64,000 nt of DNA. Origin: Octopus sinensis (taxonomy: Eukaryota). The stretch is taken from positions 177,630,001 through 177,694,000 of the forward strand of contig NC_042998.1 of assembly GCF_006345805.1 (NCBI RefSeq), read 5' to 3'. Position numbers and translations under genes: made by a program. Below, piece after piece: positions 49,301 through 62,377 of this stretch. The notes below the pieces were generated by a model that did no database searches, was not told the origin of the DNA, and saw only the letters and a list, made by a program, of their open reading frames with translations. Positions within the stretch are counted from its first letter, which is position 1, and each line of letters opens with the position of its first letter.

Positions 49301-52300
49301 GTAGTATTACTCACCAATGTTTCTTAAAAGCTACTCCCTACCTGAAAGCAGGAAGTAGTCTTGATGAAATACATTTTGAAATATTTACCAAAATTCACTG
49401 TAACAGATGTTTAACTTTCAATAAAAGGAAATTCTAAGGAAAAAAATACTTATTTAAATTCCTAAAACATTTTATAGCAGTATCTTTGGAATCTAAGTGT
49501 ATTTTATAACCTATAATTGTAGTGTTTTTTCTAAAAAATAAAATTGTGTGAAGAAAAGTGTTTGGTCACCTTTGATTAGTCATTTTGATTCAGAAAATTT
49601 GTCATAAATTATAACCACAACACATGTACACAAAAACAGTAATTACTACACATAAAAGCAAATATATTTCTGTTATTTTCCAGAAAGAATAAAATATCAG
49701 GTACCTAAATATGGCTGTCTTTACCCCAAAATAATTATTTTAACATCTTATATGAAAAAAGTTAGAGATCTCGCATCACAAATTAGAAAGTATGTTGCTA
49801 TCAAAGAGATTTAAATAGCAGCTAAATATCTTAAGCCACTAATGTGTAGCAAAGCTAGCATCAAAACTAAGGATAAGTTACAAAGAAGTTTGAATAGCAA
49901 GAGGTAGTAATAGTAGAAAGAAACTGCAACTAAATATCCAAACACTAAAATTATCTTTAAGGAATTAACTGCAATACCAGATTATTAACAACTGAAAGAA
50001 TAAGACTTAAGCAAATGTAGGTGCTAAGATTTTTGCATATGCATGTATAAAAAGAAAGAAAGAAGAGTAATGTGAAGTAAATCTTTTGAAACTTTGATTG
50101 AAACATTGGATAAAGGAATAGTTTTAACTGTTGCACTTAAAATTCTAGTAAAAATATAAATAAAAGCAAGCAACAAGAAGAGAAACATCTAATGAAGCTG
50201 TTGGCAAGTAATAAGAATGAAACAACAAAGAATATAACAGAAAGCAACAAGGAAATTGTAGATGACAACTAAATTCCCAGCACTTTACAATGTTTCAGAT
50301 ATTTCCAGTAAGCAGTATATTTGATGTGTAAATAAGTAAACCACGAACTAAAGAATAATGAGAAACAAAAACATGAAATGAATATGAATACCAACACATA
50401 ACAACCATATTTATGCTACAGATAAAAGTTGGTCAAAGATGAAATTCGAAACAATTTTACATTCTTGTAAATGTTGGCTGGGATAGGATGGAAGTACAAA
50501 TTTAGACATTAGTGTGACTAGTTGTCAAATCTTATGACTAGATTTTTGTCCAATGGGACAAACATTCAACATCCATCTAAATGCATGAGAGAAACATACC
50601 AACCAACAAACATTACACAGGAACTGTAAGTGCCCATGTAACTATTTGAACTTGTGTGCACTAAAAATTTTAGCCACCGTAACACTGAGTTAAAAGTAAT
50701 GTCAACAAAATCTAAAAACTTATGGCTTGAAGTTATCATAAGAAATTTTGGTCCTTTGAGCACAAGCTAAAATCTATTTCTGCATTCACATTTTCTTAAT
50801 TACTTCAAGTCAATACAAAGGGCAGTTGAACAAAGTGCAGCAAGCCTCTAGGTAGCAGAGTTGTAAGTTTATGTTGCTGTTCAGTGCTTTGCTTTAGCTA
50901 AGGTACTGGAAATCACATTTACCAAATTTCAGAGAAGAAAATCAATTTACAATATTTTTTATTCTCTTTCATTCATTTTTAACATGAAGATCAAATTCTC
51001 TTGAATATGAATATGCAGTAGCATATAGAGTTGTGGATAGTAATAGATATAGTGAGATGGTGTTTGAAGAAAGAAACAATGTCGACTGAAGAGGGAGAGT
51101 AGTGGTAACTGCAATGGGATGATATTAGATGTAACATGATGATGATGGCTGGTGTAGGTTTAAAGTGGTGGCTCTAGTGAGATATCAGTGTTTGTACTGA
51201 GATATCAGAGTGGCTGTATCTAGTGGGGTGTCTGTGGCAGTATGTAATGAGATATCAGTAGCTGCATGTAGCAGAATGTCAGTGGTTGTATGGATAGGAA
51301 TGGCACTGGCCTGTAACAGAATTGAAATGGCTTTAGTAAGATGGAACTGGGGTGTTTATAGTGAGATAGAGGTCATTTAAACATTCAATGAGTTCTAAAA
51401 ATTTGTGGTGATTTAGTGGGATGAGGTGATGTGGTGGGTGCTGTAGAGAACGATGGTTGCCATGAAGACAGCAGGTAATATATCACCAAGTAGCAGATAT
51501 AAGATGCTTAGTCTCTTAATGAGTGCGTAAGGTGGTAAATATGTTTTATTCAATATATGAATTTTTTGCTTCATGAAGTAGTCATTGTTAGATTCTTTCT
51601 TTTTCTATCTGCATACAAAAATACACAACTCATAATATTCAGCAGTCTACATACATTGTGGAAACAAATTGAGTGGATGTAGTTTTAAAAGAATGCAAGT
51701 CTAGTGATAAGAGCTGAGTTGTAGGTTTGCTGGTTGAAAGTGGGTGGCAAGGAATCCTTAACCTAATCACCCAGGATTAGGTTAAGGATAGATCTGTCTT
51801 TAATCTTTCTTAAGATTTTCAACAGTCTGATGTGTAAATAATATCTTTCAGCTTTTTATGTATAAACAAACCATAGAAATACCACACAATAAAATATAAA
51901 AAGTATGAAGTAAATCAGAAAAAAAAAAAGATCTAAAATGTTTTTTTTAAGAGAAAATATTTGAAAAATGTAAGTTATGTCCTAAGTCTAAATATTAGAT
52001 TTGAGAGTTGAGCATAAAGACTTACACAAATATGTATTGAACAGGGAAAAGGAACAGAATTAGAGTTAAAGCAGAATGCTTCATGCAAATAGCTAACTCA
52101 TTTGTGTTTTTAAACAGAATATGAGTGTTATATTTATAGTTAGTAGCAAAAATGTATGCTGGACAGTTTTGAATGAACTGAATCAGAATTTTAAAAATTT
52201 TATCCCAATTGGGAAAAATTCAATTACTAATGGCAATGTGAAAGAGATAAACATCATAACTTTTTATTTCTCTGTCTGTACACACCTGAAGTTTCACACC

Positions 52301-53314
52301 CTATACAGTATTAACTTCATCAGTAATTTTAAAATAAAACTGACATAGCACAGCAAACCTAATTTATACGATTAAGATTAGCAATAATAATGTGCTAATA
52401 ATTTAGAATTTCTATCAAAATAGAAAACAGAAATTTTCCAGTCTGATCATATTAATTATATCACGAAATTTAACAGCTTCTGGCTATTCAACAATAAGAG
52501 AAAAAAGAATGTTACACCTGTTTATATTCATTAGAAATTTAACACAGGTTTATAAATACACCAATATATATATAAAGAAATCTTGTCCTTTCCTTTAATA
52601 TGCATAATTATGTTCAACACAAAAAGATGTTATAACTTTGAGGTAGCCCAGTTTCCCATCACTATGAAGTTTTTGCTGATATCATGAGCAACACCAATGC
52701 CTTTTGCCAAAGTTCACATGGATGAGAGAAAAACTGCTATTCAGTGACATAAGGAAGTAAGTCTTCTGGTAGATGACGTTAATGATAATATGATGACAAC
52801 AATAATGATAATGGAAAGATTAAAGACAAAAGTGAAGAAGATAAATATGACCACTGAAGATAATTATTAGTTATCAATTTCTTGATAGTTATGAATTGCA
52901 AAATAACATGTTCAATATAACTCACACTAATTATTTTTTTCAATTCAGATACCATTTTAAATTACCCAAATACTCTTTTTTTTTTAAAAAAGCATGAATA
53001 AAAAACAACTGCTCCTGTATAGCTATGTAAAACATGCAGATAAGATTTTAAAAATTGCTTCACATATAAAAACATGTGTATACAATAGGGATTAACCGTG
53101 CAGCTAACTATTTGGCTAAGAGCTACATATATCTACATTACAAAAAGGAGGAAGGGAGAGGTAAAACAATGGATGCAGTAACAAAGAATTCAGCATAAAA
53201 TGCACTAAGAATTTAAATGGGGAAAAGTGGTGGGTAGTGATGGTGATGGTGTTAGTTATCTGCCACTAGAAGAACCAGATTAGAATGTTAGTTACTGACT
53301 GGAGTAGTAAGTAC

Positions 53315-53452
53315 CATGTGTCTCTCTACGTTGCTGCTGATGTTGCTGTTGGCCATGGTAATTCACAGATGTGCGCTTTGATGGGAGAGGCATGACAGGG
53401 ACTTTCTTATTTTGCATTGCCAGAGCCTGCATCACAGCCTCGGTTCGGATTT
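53315..53452 (-). CDS. DIP2: DIP2 homolog, internal coding exon A (138 nt, phase 1/1): (E)IRTEAVMQALAMQNKKVPVMPLPSKRTSVNYHGQQQHQQQRRETH
   Basis: Acceptor tttcctctttacag on the minus strand. The peptide matches the recalled DIP2 segment D(V/I)HTEAVQAALAK..VPMPSKRRS that follows the DMAP1-binding domain. The donor is ambiguous: GTACTT (exon low end 53315) or GTCAGT (low end 53300), both phase 1. Confidence 0.88.
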
Positions 53453-54784
53453 CTGTAAAGAGGAAACACCAGATTAAAACAGGAATATAAAAAGTTAAAT
53501 AAGGTAAAAACTAAATGAAATGCACACAAGAACACAGAGAATCACTGACAAACAAATAAACAATTATAATCATAAAGAATACAATATTGCATAAGTTTAA
53601 CTCGTTCAGAAACAGTTCAGAAATATTCATGTATATTCTTTGCTTTAGTAAACCTAAAATCTATGCATTTATCTTTATTATATATGAACAATATCATCTT
53701 CCCTTACATACATTTCAATGATTGAGAATTACTTACAATAGTTAAAGGTTTACAAAGAATCTAAAAATGTAAATCCTAATCATTATTAATCTGTTTCCTG
53801 TGTGTGTATCTTCATCCTTATCATGAGACAAAATTAATAAAATGATAGAAGCTTTTTTTTAGTTAAGTTTGTTCTTTGACTATGGAAGATATGATAAAGC
53901 AGTTATAATTCTATTAAGAGATAACTAGTTTGCCATTTGTCACATAAGCAAATGGGGAGGAGTGACCCTCTATTAGCTGTGAAACCTGCCAGAAATAACA
54001 CCAAACCACCCCACTTTTTTTTCAGACTTCACCATCTCAAATATCAATGCATGTTATGCACAATATAGTCCATGATATACAAAAGGATGGAATGTTCATA
54101 TGACAATCTTTATGATAGATCTTAATGGGGACCTGAAGCTAAACAACAACTTTGTAACTGTACAAATTACTCAGATATGATTTTCAATACAATTTTTTGA
54201 TAGAAAACATTTTCTTTTTCTAAAATGCCTTGTAAATAGTAATTAAGTTTACTATAATAATGGTTATGTTGATTATTATAATGATCACTAGCAGATAGAA
54301 TAGTATGATTAACTACATTGATGAGCACATAATACAGAATAGTAAGATAAGCTACAATGTTGGGTGCCTAATACATAACTTCTGATTACTATAGTAAGGT
54401 AGCTAAGTGAATGTTCAATTAAAAAAGGTAATGAAGATATCTACATATCTGTAAAAATGTCCTTCATTGAGTTTGTTATCAGTGTGCATGCATTTTGTAG
54501 GTTTAGAAGCAGATGGCACTTCAAGAATCACAGCTTATTTAGCTATGATTGTAAAGGAAAATATACCAGTAATCCCCATCAGGTGGCAAGTACCATAGAT
54601 AGTAAATGTTTAACAACTAGGCTTGCAACTCATGTCTTATTTTCAGTCACAGATATTTCACTTACTCTGCTTAAAGAACATTAGTGTTATTATTGATTCC
54701 TTCACTCACAAAGTACAATTAATTGAGTACTTATTGTATGATCATGTATGTGTGAGTGCATACTCATGCAAAACAGTACCTATG

Positions 54785-54788
54785 CATA

Positions 54789-54850
<62 letters not shown>
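54785..54850. repeat. Compound (TG)n(TA)n(GA)n microsatellite
   Basis: Seen directly. Confidence 0.95.
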
Positions 54851-54856
<6 letters not shown>

Positions 54857-55822
54857 TATTTACACAGTTTTATAAACAAGTGCTTCACAAATACCTATCT
54901 TGGTTGAGGTTATTATGGAAATAATTAAATATATAAGAATATTAAAATTTTTATTTAGTTTTTTTTTCCAATTAATAAATTATTGAAAATATTCAAAATT
55001 GGTAGACAACTGGTAATAACAAATCAATAAGTTCTGTTGATAATGAAAAATTCTATGTATTAACCATAACTGAAATGTGCCAATAGAATTATCTATATAA
55101 AATAGATCTTAATCTTATTAATGAGATCAGTCTACAGGACACTTCTGGTCAATATATGCAAATATCCTTCAAATGAAAAATGCGTTGTTTTTCATGTAAG
55201 TGACATGAAATCGATTAGTTGTGAGTGAGTGATCATAATAGTTTAAGGTTCAAGACTAAATAAGTAAAATTTTAATGTATATCAGAATAACTTGGTGTAG
55301 TATAAATGGCAAATGAGAAAATAGCAAATATATAATAATTTTCAAATGGCCACTCAGGAAGATGTTAATCAAATTAGTTATAATTCTCTTTTATTTAGTG
55401 TTAGCACAGCTAATATCCAACTCTGACATCATGAACTTCATCTATTGGCTTTTTGAACATTACTTTGACTTCTTTACATGTTCATTCATCACCCTACTAC
55501 CTTAAATTTTGTATTAAGTTGTTCTGACATGGTTTGAAGATATGTTTATAATTAAGCTGAATTAGAAGATGGCAATAAGAAATAATTTACTGAACAAGTA
55601 AAAATTGGACACTGGAAAAAGTACAAAAATGGCTGTAATATGATTTATAGATTCACTAACCCTCAGTCAACATTTCTGAGGAGAAAAAAATGTAATGCAT
55701 GCTCTTTAGATAAATTACAGGTTCCTATAAGAGTACATATGAAGTATGATGTCTGTTGTTGATTTTACTCAAAACATCAGAGGTGGTGATGACATTTCAG
55801 AAAGAAAATATAATTAGAAAAT

Positions 55823-56187
55823 ACAGTTCTATATTTAAGAGATGAGGAATTAGGTACATTATTTACAATTGATGGATATTTGTCCTCATCTTGTTTGTTG
55901 TTAACATGTTTCGGCCAATATACCCTCCAGCCTTCATCAGGTGTCTTGGGGAAATTTCAAACCTGGGTTCTCATTCCTAAGGTATTTTTCGGTTATTGTT
56001 ATTATTATTATTCAGGTGCATGGAATCAAACTCAGAATAACACCAGCGTAAAATACCTTAGGAATGAGAACTCATATTCAAAATTTCCCCAAGACACCTG
56101 ATGAAGGGTGGAGGGTATATTAGCTTAAGCGTTGTGTAAACAACAAACAAGATAAGGACAAATAACCATCAATTGTAAATAATGTAA
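55823..56187. mobile_element. Palindromic HHR-bearing element (family 3) with 13-bp TSD
   Basis: TSD ATAATTAGAAAAT at 55810-55822 and 56188-56200. The inverted arms each contain CTGATGA (minus 55934-55940, plus 56098-56104). Confidence 0.85.
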
Positions 56188-57917
56188 ATAATTAGAAAAT
56201 GTTAATTATAATTAATGACAGGGTTGTGTCATCTATGTATTTAATATTATAAATCTATTAGTGTTGGTATTGTATAATGTTGAAATGTAAGATATCATAA
56301 AAGAGAAAGTATAGAGAGAAACAAAGTTATCTATTATTTAATGCAAATCTAAGAGACAGACTGTGACCAGGTGTATGTACGTAGCAGATGAAAATTAAAA
56401 TCTTAAAATCATCAAACTGCTTGCAAAAGAGATAGATACAAAGAACCAAATAAAATGCTGAGAGTTCATAATTGGCAAAAGTTCTAAAATGGCATGCCAT
56501 TAAAAAAAAAATACAAGGAAACTATTTTACAAGCTGAACATAAAATATGATGATAATGATGATCAAATTATTAAATTATACAAACACTTTTGTTTAGCTA
56601 TAAGAGGACACACCTTTACAAATTCTCAACTAGATAATGATGAATAAAAACAAATAAATTGGCAAATTTTCTCAACAAACAGAATGTGACTAAAAAAAAT
56701 TTTAAATGAAAGTGATCCAATCTGTGACAAATGTTGCGTAGCTAGTGAGAAGCTCTACTAGCATGCAACCATGAAGGGGAAGATGTATAAATGCAGCCAT
56801 TAGAAGAGTGATAGTACTCTGACTTGAGGCAATCTATGCATATCATAGCTGACTGCTTCTAGTAAGCAGTTGCTGTAGAGCAGAAAGAAAGTGGAAGAAA
56901 ATGATATAAGATGTTGATGAAGGCAGTTGTACTTTCTCTTAAATGAATAGTCTGTAAACTTCCATGTTGTAACTTCTTTTAATTATATCCAGATAACAAT
57001 TGCCATTCATGTATAAGAAATCTCATCCTCTTAACTGTGCATAGTATTCCATATTTAGTATTGTGCTACTTCAATAAAATCTGTTAGATTACATCGTATG
57101 ATTATGATATTATATAGCACAATATCTTTAAAATAACAATTTGTTTTTCATATTTTTTATTTCTGGTGAAGTTTTAGTGATATCTAAAAAGAACAGTCAC
57201 GACAACAATGGAAATATATTACCTATATTAGCTATCGCAATATTTCCTATAAAGATTTAAGTATCAACAATATTAAATCTTTAAGTTTTTCTAATAAATA
57301 GAGCATTACAAGATAAATCCTATATTTGCAACTCAACAAAACTTCTTAGATCCTAACAGACCTAGTTAAAAAGCAGGAGCCTACAGTTTGAGGAAATTTT
57401 CAAGTCAAAGAGTAGATAAGAATTCATGGGTTTTGTTAACTCATTGGAATTTTTTCTCTTAAAATATTTGTATTTTGATTGTTTTAAGGAAAGTGTGTTT
57501 AAAAGAAAATATAGCGAAACTAATTTTGAGTAATAGATAGAAAGACCATACTGTTAAAGAAAATAGATTGACTGGGCTAATATTGAAGGCTGACATTGAC
57601 AGAAGCTGCAGTAGTAATGATTTCTAATACTGATTCAAAGCTACAAATTGAGGGAGGAGCATATGGTCAAATAAATTCACTCCAGTACTGGTATCAACTG
57701 CCAGAAAGATTAAAGGCAAAGTTGACCTTGGTGGAAGTTTAGCTCTAGGAATTGACTAAGTACAGCAAGGCAACTTTGTTCACTGCTTTACTAATTCTGC
57801 TATCTATGTCTCAAAAGCTGAAGAAAAAATTGGAAGTAAAATAATGAAGAAATGATAGGTGACACTGTGCAGACTAACCAAAGGAATGGGCCAGTCATAA
57901 TTTGAAGACAAATTAAT

Positions 57918-58112
57918 CTCATCATCATCGTTTAACATCCGTTTTCCATGCTAGCATGGGTTGGATGGTTCGACAGGGTTCCAGGAAGCCAGGAGGCTGC
58001 GCCAGGCTCCAGTCTGGTCTGGCAGTGTTTCTATAGTTGGATGCCCTTCCTAACACCAACCACTCCATGAGTGTAGTGGGTGCTTTTTTACATGCCACCA
58101 GCACAGGGGCCA
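57918..58112 (-). mobile_element. Short RTE 3'-UTR element
   Basis: Closely similar to 33166-33390. Further copies near 2810-2980, 30940-31110, 40835-41020 and 63270-63470. Confidence 0.75.
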
Positions 58113-61100
58113 GATCTATCAATCTAAAATATAGTGATGCACATACCTTATATGTAAAGATATAAAAATCATATTCCCTGCCTACTCATAGTTAATCCAT
58201 TTCCATGTCCAATAACTCAAGTCCATCTTAAATGATCAAATATCAGTGGATAATACTGTTTTTAACTAACCTGCATTATGTATTTTTAATTTACATGCCG
58301 AAACTACAACTCAAGTACCTGATTTAAATGAAACACCTTGCCTATCTTACTAAACTGGGAATTTCTATACACACCATAATCTTTGTTGTATGTGTTGTTT
58401 ACTGTTAACATGATTACATTTGGAATATTTCAGTTCCTAATTCAAAAAAATTTAATTTTGATGTTCATTCTATGTAGTTAAGTTTCTTTTGCCATCTTCC
58501 TACAATTTCTCTCAAAGCCTTCAAATAGGAATATTAGTACCTTTTATATTAATAAAGCTAGCATCATTAGGCACTTCAAACCTCAATCCAACAACTAATC
58601 AGGTACTTATGACTAACATGTTTAATATCATTACTAAGATGTTTATTCACTGAGTACTTTCACTTCTGTCACAATGGTTTCAGTATTCTTTTAATGTTTC
58701 AATCCGAGATGCTCAATTCTAAAATAGGGTTTGTTAAAGTCAAAATATTTAATAACTATATTTCTCTCCATTTTTAATTAAGTGGTTTCTATCACCCACA
58801 CCACTATAATTACCTCATACTTTCTATCATATACCAAAAATCCTGCTCTAGTAACAATTTCAGTTCAGCTTCATTCAAACTGTCTCTGCTCTGAAATTTG
58901 AACTGTGCCTGTTGGTGAACATACCAATATGCAAGCATCTGCACTTTTGCTTAAAAGGTGAGACATGATAAGAGATGATAAGAAGAAGCAAAATTATTAC
59001 TGATAGATGTGAGGAGGCACTGCACTGACTTTCCATCATAGAAAATGATGACTCAGACAGACTGCTGGCATACTGGTAAAGTTAACAACATAATTGACTA
59101 ATTTTGTAAAACTTATCCAAGATAGGAAAACAGTGTCATTTATTTATCCTTTATGACTGAGTTGAAACATGGCTTGTGAGTCAGTGAATATTGATGCCAG
59201 TTAATGTTAATCAGACACGTAGCATTGAAATGTCCAGCTCTCCTAACACAGCATGGTAGCTCACTCATGATCATTTATTAAAATTTGTACTCTTGCTTTT
59301 ATTTATTCATTTTATAATTTCTACTGCATTTCTTTAGTTTGCAAATTGTAACACTAATTAAATGACCTAACAAAATCAATATGCAAAAAAATAAATAAAT
59401 AAATAAATAATTGGTAAATTCCTGGCATATTTCACATGACAGAGATTTCTAAAAAGGTTTCCAAAGACTTCATTTCATAAGTTAGAACCAAGATGTTATA
59501 GGACCAAAATCAATCAAATGTGAATGATGAAATCATTTTTTCATGCCTCCGTTTATTTTAACTACAGAAATCTCAATTTTGTAGATAAAATAATTTTCCA
59601 TGAAAAATTATACTCACATTATTTAGAGCAAGCATATGAAATATATTCCTATACTACACAATGTAGTACTAACAAAAGGCAAAAACATTTACAAGGGTCA
59701 AGTAAAGATGACTGAATCATTCTTTTCATACGTCATCAACCCATGAGGGCAAGATCTGAGCTTGGAAGATAAAGGATTGTAGCTGTCATACCAGTTATGA
59801 TATCCATTTGCCCTCACAATATATTACAATAGTGAAACTACATGAAAGGAGATATATGCACCTATAAATGCAATACAGCATCATTACTAAAATTACCATC
59901 ATCATCATTATATTCTATGTAATAATCCCAGTTTGGGACCTCGAATGAGTATTTTCTCCTGTAGCTTTGTGTTGATAGATATATTGTAAGGGAAATCTGG
60001 TTGACAGAAAACCATGTGTGTGCATGTTTGTGTCCACACCATCACCACCACTTGAAAATTGGTACTGGTTTGTTTACATCCCTGTAACTTAGAAGATTAG
60101 CAAAAGGGACCCATAAAATTTAAGTACCATACTTTAAAAACATAAGTACTGGGGTCAATTTGTTCGACTAAACCCTCAAAGGCAATGCCTTAGCATGATT
60201 GCAATCCAATGGCTGAAATAACTTCCATCATACAGCAGAATATTCAAAAGATAAAATACTTGCATAATTAAAAAGTCTGCTTAGCAACCATATGGTTCTA
60301 AGTTCAAGTCTACAGTGGCACCTAAGGCAAGTGTTTTCTAGAATAGCTTCAAGTTGAACAATGCTTTGTGAGTAGCATTTGGTAGAGGTAAAATGTGCAG
60401 AAATCTATAACACATATGATATGATAAGGTGTGTGTGTATTTGTTTATTTTTATTTGTATCTTTCTATACCCCATAAATTAGCAGTTTGACAAACAAAGG
60501 TCAATAAAATAAGTACTATACTGAAATAAATGCTGAAGTTGATATGATTGACTATATCCTTGAAGGTAATGTCTCAGCATGTTCAAGGTCCAATGACTGA
60601 AACCAGTAAAGCAGTAGGGGTTGGGGTGGCAGTATATCTTACTAGTGTATATTAATACACTGCTATAATACATTCCTGAGTTTCATTTTAAAGCAAGACT
60701 GTATGTTTTGAACATATAAATATAGTTCAATGCACCAATTTTATAACCACTAAGTAAAAATGTTCCATAAATGTACTGGAGGAAATAATATATGTGACTT
60801 GCATGTTAACATAACAATAAACAGATGGGATCTATTTAACCATTACTATCAGCCGGTCCAAATATAACATTGACTGCCTTGTAATTGTATAAAGTCAACA
60901 AATAATCTTGCCAGTTTGTAATAACACTTCATTAAACATTTGTTTTGGCAAAGACTTGATTGTAAAATTCCTGTAGTTTTATGGTGAGTTTAAGATAGTT
61001 TAAAGTCTAATCAAATACTAAAATAATCTTATAACAGAAAAGCATAAGTTCATGACTAATATCAGCCGATAAAAGACACTAGTAACCTTGTTACACTAAT

Positions 61101-62015
61101 TCAGGAACAGTCAAAATATTTTATTAAGAAATAGTGTTTTAGGTTAAACTAATATAAAATAAATAAAGAGGGATACATTTATAGAAATTAGTAGCTATTA
61201 AAGAAAAATAATGAATAAGAGAAAGAAGAAACATTTTAAAAGAACTATTAGGATGTAACAAGAAAGTAGTGTCAGGTTTGAAGTAAACACTGGGTTCAAC
61301 TATTCCATTGATAAAGAATAAAAATATAAAATGATTTCTTTTTCTTTTTCTACTTTTTGAGTATATATCTTAGAAAGGAAAACATGAATAGTTTTTCTTT
61401 CTAGTAACTTAGTCAAGCTGGTAGGCACTGTCCATGATGTTTATAGACCATCCATTCTGATGAGATCAAGACAGTGTTGAGGCTGAACTTTTGTAGGTCA
61501 ATGCCAGCTTTGGGTAAAATGATTGGACAAAGTATGAGATAGGTAATGTGAGAGAGATAACAAATGATGAAACAAATGCATTATTAAAGTTCCCATTGAA
61601 GAAAGATTTTGAGGCTCCTACCAGAGAGCTTATGTAAGCAGTGTTTTAACTGAGTGGGTGATGATTGTAAGCTAAAATTTATAGGGAAAATTAGATGTGA
61701 CAGTAAAGTCATAAAGCACAGAATGAAAAAAAACAGGACACAGAGTACACCTGGGTTCACAAAATATGGAGAAGATGAAGTGCTATCAGTGTACATTTCA
61801 ACAAAAAAGTCTGAAAAGATTCTGATCTAAAAGATCAAAGAAACCCATAAGCAACTAACTAAACTATATTCAGATGTTTTACCTACATCAAAGATAACTC
61901 TGCTTTTCAAAGGTAAGAAATTGCTGGCTCATGATGTAGAAGATAGGTCTCCAGTAGATTGGCCATATGAGGAGGGAGGAAGAGAGAGACTTCAAGTTAA
62001 GAAAAAAAGATAGTT

Positions 62016-62377
62016 CATTATTTACAATTGATGGATATTTGTCCTCATCTTGTTTGTTGTTAACACGACGTTTCGGCTGATATACCCCACAGCTTTCATC
62101 AGGTGTCTTGGGGAAATTTCAAACCTGGGTTCTCATCACTAAGGTATTTTTCGATGTTGTTATTGTTATTATTATTCAGGTCACTGCTTGGAATCAAACT
62201 CAGAATAACAACAACAAAAAATACCTTAAGAAGGAGAACCTAGGTTTGAAACTTCCCCCAGACACCTGATGAAAGCTGGAGAGTATATCAGCCGAAATGT
62301 GTTAACAACAAACAAAATGAGGACAAATATCTGTCAATTGTAAATAATGCACATAATTCCTCATCTCTTAAATATAG
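62016..62377. mobile_element. Palindromic HHR-bearing element (family 3) with 12-bp TSD
   Basis: TSD AAAAAGATAGTT at 62004-62015 and 62378-62389. Same central junction (GGAATCAAACTC-AGAATAACA) as the 55823 copy, but in opposite overall orientation. Confidence 0.87.
62062..62107 (-). ncRNA. Type I minimal hammerhead ribozyme motif (best-preserved family 3 copy)
   Basis: The minus strand reads GACAC CUGAUGA A AGCUG UGGGGUAUAU CAGCC GAAAC GUC GUGUU. It has an intact core, a 5-bp stem I, a palindromic ACGU stem III and a GUC triplet, with one A-C mismatch at the base of stem II. Confidence 0.72.

Noticed and set aside
53737-53760. 24-nt AG..GTAAGT segment 285 bp upstream of exon A
   Set aside because: It has an in-frame TAA in the required phase 1 frame, and it shows that such micro-exon-like patterns arise by chance here.
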